In this document: piece by piece, positions 10,710-13,235 of the stretch
Layout of the letters: each line of letters opens with the position of its first letter
Position numbering within the stretch: position 1 is the stretch's first letter
NCBI GenBank assembly: GCA_030141605.1
Contig: JAQGDQ010000599.1
Span: 118,550 to 131,784 of the forward strand
Source: Tubiluchus corallicola
Taxonomy: Eukaryota > Animalia > Priapulida
Length of the DNA: 13,235 nucleotides
Reading direction: 5' to 3'
Position numbers and translations under genes: made by a program
The notes under the pieces: model-generated
Database searches by the model: none
The model's input: the letters and a program-made list of their open reading frames with translations, nothing else
Told to the model about the DNA's origin: nothing

Positions 10710-11111
10710 TGACTGACAATGCAGAATTGCCTGAGAAAGGAAGAAGTTCCTCTTCGTCATCTTCGTCATCCAGTTCTGCAGAAGAGTCAAGTGACAAGCA
10801 GAAAAAGCGCAAAAAGAGACATAGAACAAAGCCATCAGTCTCACAACCAGCGGGTGATGGTACCCAAGTGCAGACACAACTCTCTATTGTTGATGTAACA
10901 GATGACGAGGGACTGGACTCTGATCTTGAAGCAAATGTTGAGCCAATAGTAGAAACTCCAAATGTTGAACAGCGTCCTTTGCCTGGTGAGCATGGTGGCG
11001 CACATAGCGATAGTGAGCTTCAAGAACATGCAGATGAACAGGCTATTGATGTTACTGGAGATGAAAGTGTTAGTTATGAAGACTCTGTGCAACCTGTAAT
11101 AACTGAGCCAG
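10710..11111 (+). CDS. 402-nt exon D: Ser tract, basic cluster KQKKRKKRHR, then acidic region
   Basis: Within ORF 10670..11140. Acceptor tttgtttAG| at 10708-10709 (in-frame alternative gcAG at 10723-10724), donor CCA G|GTATAT at 11112. Phase 1-1. Confidence 0.85.
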
Positions 11112-11371
11112 GTATATGGATTTTCCCTTTCAATTTATAGTCTTCCGTTTCACGAAATTACACCACTTCGTTGCTACATCATACTACCGCATTTAACAAA
11201 TTTATTTGTTACATAGGAGTCTATTACATAGTAAATAACATTGTAATATACTTGTACCTTGACACAGCTAACATTCTTAACATGCATTTTTTTTTGGAAT
11301 GATGTGCATGAGCACCATTGTGATTTTTTACTCTTAATTTCGTAACATTTCTTTTCACACAAGTCATGCAG

Positions 11372-11380
11372 GTGCACTAG
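11372..11380 (+). CDS. Candidate 9-nt microexon GTGCACTAG (adds G-A-L in phase 1)
   Basis: Pyrimidine tract catttcttttcacac, acceptor catgcAG| at 11370-11371, donor TAG|GTAACT at 11381. Frame-preserving and stop-free in phase 1. No transcript evidence. Confidence 0.4.
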   Translation: MH

Positions 11381-11469
11381 GTAACTGAAACATTAAAACA
11401 TGCTATGATAGTTTGTTACATCATGCAAAAACAAGTTTATGCATAATATCAATTGTTTTGCCATTAAAG

Positions 11470-11583
11470 ATACTTATGAAGAACAAGTTGGTGAGGAGCA
11501 GCAGGAACCGGGCTTTGAAAAGCGTCGCAAAAGCTCATCTAGTGAAAGTGATCGTGTGCATGATGATGAATATTTGCATGCAG
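11470..11583 (+). CDS. 114-nt exon E, not in the ORF track: (D)TYEEQVGEEQQEPGFEKRRKSSSSESDRVHDDEYLHA
   Basis: Acceptor ttgttttgccattaaAG| at 11468-11469, donor CAT GCA G|GTTTGT at 11584. Open acidic frame of 38 codons, phase 1-1. Confidence 0.85.
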
Positions 11584-11662
11584 GTTTGTCAAAAGTAAAA
11601 CTTCAGTTAGTTTAGTTTCAAAGGGCTATTATTTTAGCCGTGAGTTCATATTTGTGGATGTA

Positions 11663-11816
11663 ACTAACGCTTTGTTACTAACTTCCCTTGTCCTACTAAT
11701 TTTCTCTGAAATGCATTTTTTTTACTAATTTATGCTGAGTAAGTTGAACATACTGCATAGGTGTTTACTAACACATCTAAAATTAACCTCATATCTTTAC
11801 TAATACTTGTACTAAC
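11663..11816 (+). promoter_or_regulatory. Seven ACTAAY motifs (STAR/Quaking-type sites or branch-point consensus) upstream of exon F
   Basis: ACTAAC at 11663, 11677, 11767 and 11811; ACTAAT at 11695, 11724 and 11799. Six of the seven are TACTAAY. Confidence 0.7.
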
Positions 11817-11825
11817 ATATTCTAG

Positions 11826-12352
11826 ATACATTGCTTGCTGATGAAGGTAACAAAACAGAAAAAGAAGAACATTTTTCACTTGATCAAGATCTTGAACTGG
11901 AGGGTTATGCTTTCGATAACATGGCATTTGTGGAAGATGGAAAGAGGCTTGAAGATGAAGATGAGGTTGCTGAAGGCCGACAAAGAACTGAAAGATCCTA
12001 CTCAGAAATAGCAACGGAGGAACTTGAACAAGATGTCTACGACTTGCAGGAAATTCAAGCAAGACAAGAAGCCCAAGAGGAGGAAGAAGAAAATTTGGAA
12101 CAAGTCGCAGGTGTCATTGATCATCAAGAGGTGTCCCAGCTCGGTTTTGAAAAACAGGAAGAATATGACAAACAAATTAGAAGTTCAATATTCCAAGAAG
12201 AAGTGACTCAGCCTGATTTTACACAGAGCCCGGAGTTGAAGCTTATTGATACGGGAGATGCTGTTGAACGGCACATTAAAACTTGTGTGCCTACCAGAAA
12301 ACACATCTCCAAATTTCAGAAAAGCTTCACGTCCCGTTTCGTAATCGTTTAG
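11826..12352 (+). CDS. Acidic exon F: (D)TLLADEGNKTEKEEH...PELKLIDT. True 3' end uncertain: acidic character ends at ~12254, frame stays open to TAG at 12350-12352
   Basis: Acceptor tattctAG| at 11824-11825, phase 1, in frame with ORF 11831..12352. The last ~32 codons are the antisense of P450 coding sequence. Confidence 0.75.
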
Positions 12353-12610
12353 TACAACGTGGAAGGCATTACCCAAGTAAAGACCGAAAATATCGCCATA
12401 ACGTTTCTTTAGGTCCATCAAGTAGTAGCCGATATGTTGTTTACCTACAGATAACAATGAACCTACTAACGGAAGGCCGACTGGTCCTGGAGGTGCCCCA
12501 CGCGGACGTCTTAAACGATTCCACGCTAGTAACACTATTAGGAATGCAGTAAATATTGAGAGTGCAGTTAAAGCACTTACAGACATCAGACGATCGAGAA
12601 AATAAAACAT
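12254..12610 (-). CDS. N-terminal coding segment of a microsomal cytochrome P450, CYP2-clan-like (first exon or truncated fragment). ORF stays open to 12185
   Basis: ATG at 12610; hydrophobic signal-anchor (SVSALTALSIFTAFLIVLLAW); basic stretch RLRRPR; proline-rich hinge PPGPVGLPLVGS; then KKRYGDIFGLYLG, VVLNDYETGREAF and FSGR, all typical of CYP2-clan N-termini. No C-helix WxxxR, I-helix or heme motif seen in the window. Left boundary approximate. Confidence 0.9.
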
Positions 12611-13235
12611 AATTCTCTTCCAAACGTTTGTAATTCAACAATTTCTACGGACAGTGTACAGTAACTGACTACTGCTTGTACGGTAGATAGCTGCGCCATC
12701 AGTTGGGCGAAACATCAAAATAAAAGTGTTTTTGGAGCGGCGATTCGACCATCAAAGAACCAAGCGGCTGATGACTGTTACGGATGTATGCCACGCAAAA
12801 AGATCTCAATGGAACGTCTCTAATTCTGGAAGATATTTCATTTTCGGGAGTAGCTATAAGGACCAAATCACTGGCATTAGAAAGTTATTATGTGAACATA
12901 TAATGGGTAGTGGTATAGCAACTTTAGCTTTAAAATTATTTATTGGCACTGTCTGACTTCTTTGGAACAAAATAGCGTGTAATACAGCAATGATAGTTCA
13001 CAGAAGTTGTTACCTGTTTCAATATGCTTACTGTTTTCCACGAAGATCACGCTGCCAATACATGAAATCACACAGAAACCATGAGAATGTCACAAGTATT
13101 TTTAAAATCCCTAAACAAGCGGCCATCTTGCATATAAGTGCCAAGCATTTCTAAATGACATTCAGCTCCCTGTTTTTTAATTCTCAAGCATTTCAATTTT
13201 TCAAAACATCTGACTACAAAATTCAACTGTCTCGA

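Noticed and set aside
10253-11598. ORFs 10253..10513, 10441..10716, 11174..11377 and 11413..11598 as genes or downstream P450 exons
   Set aside because: AT-rich intronic sequence or wrong-frame readings, with no P450 motifs.
11638-11744. Consensus donors GTGAGT (11640) and GTAAGT (11739) in the intron before exon F
   Set aside because: No acceptor gives a plausible frame-preserving exon, and extending exon E to them hits a stop. Treated as cryptic sites.
12330-12352. C-terminal ...SRFVIV as a PDZ-binding motif
   Set aside because: These codons are the antisense of P450 residues (LNDYETGR), so the ending is probably incidental.
12611-13235. P450 promoter elements, ORF 12726..12956, and palindrome caaacgtttg (12621-12630)
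   Set aside because: This is probably the P450 upstream region, but no specific element stands out above chance and the ORF has no recognisable features.

Overview
AT-rich eukaryotic genomic DNA, probably from an invertebrate animal (species not identifiable). The + strand carries the middle or 3' part of one spliced gene encoding a very acidic, probably disordered protein. The exons I can read are 1-105 (partial), 938-994, a giant 8,670-nt exon at 1610-10279, 10710-11111, 11470-11583 and 11826-(12254 or 12352). All resolved junctions are GT-AG and phase 1, so each complete internal exon can be skipped in frame. Two candidate 9-nt microexons lie at 812-820 and 11372-11380. The giant exon holds a ~6 kb coding array of ~50-aa monomers arranged as an 810-nt higher-order repeat. 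Most monomers begin with an acidic-flanked FDDAL motif, many of them FFAT-like ([DE]FDDALE). The introns carry clusters of known splicing-regulator motifs (ACTAAY x7, YCAY x11, (T)GCATG). At the right end, the N-terminal coding segment of a CYP2-clan cytochrome P450 on the - strand runs head-on into the last acidic exon, and I found no further P450 exons in the window. The identity of the + gene cannot be established here; a giant ankyrin-like scaffold is only a hypothesis.
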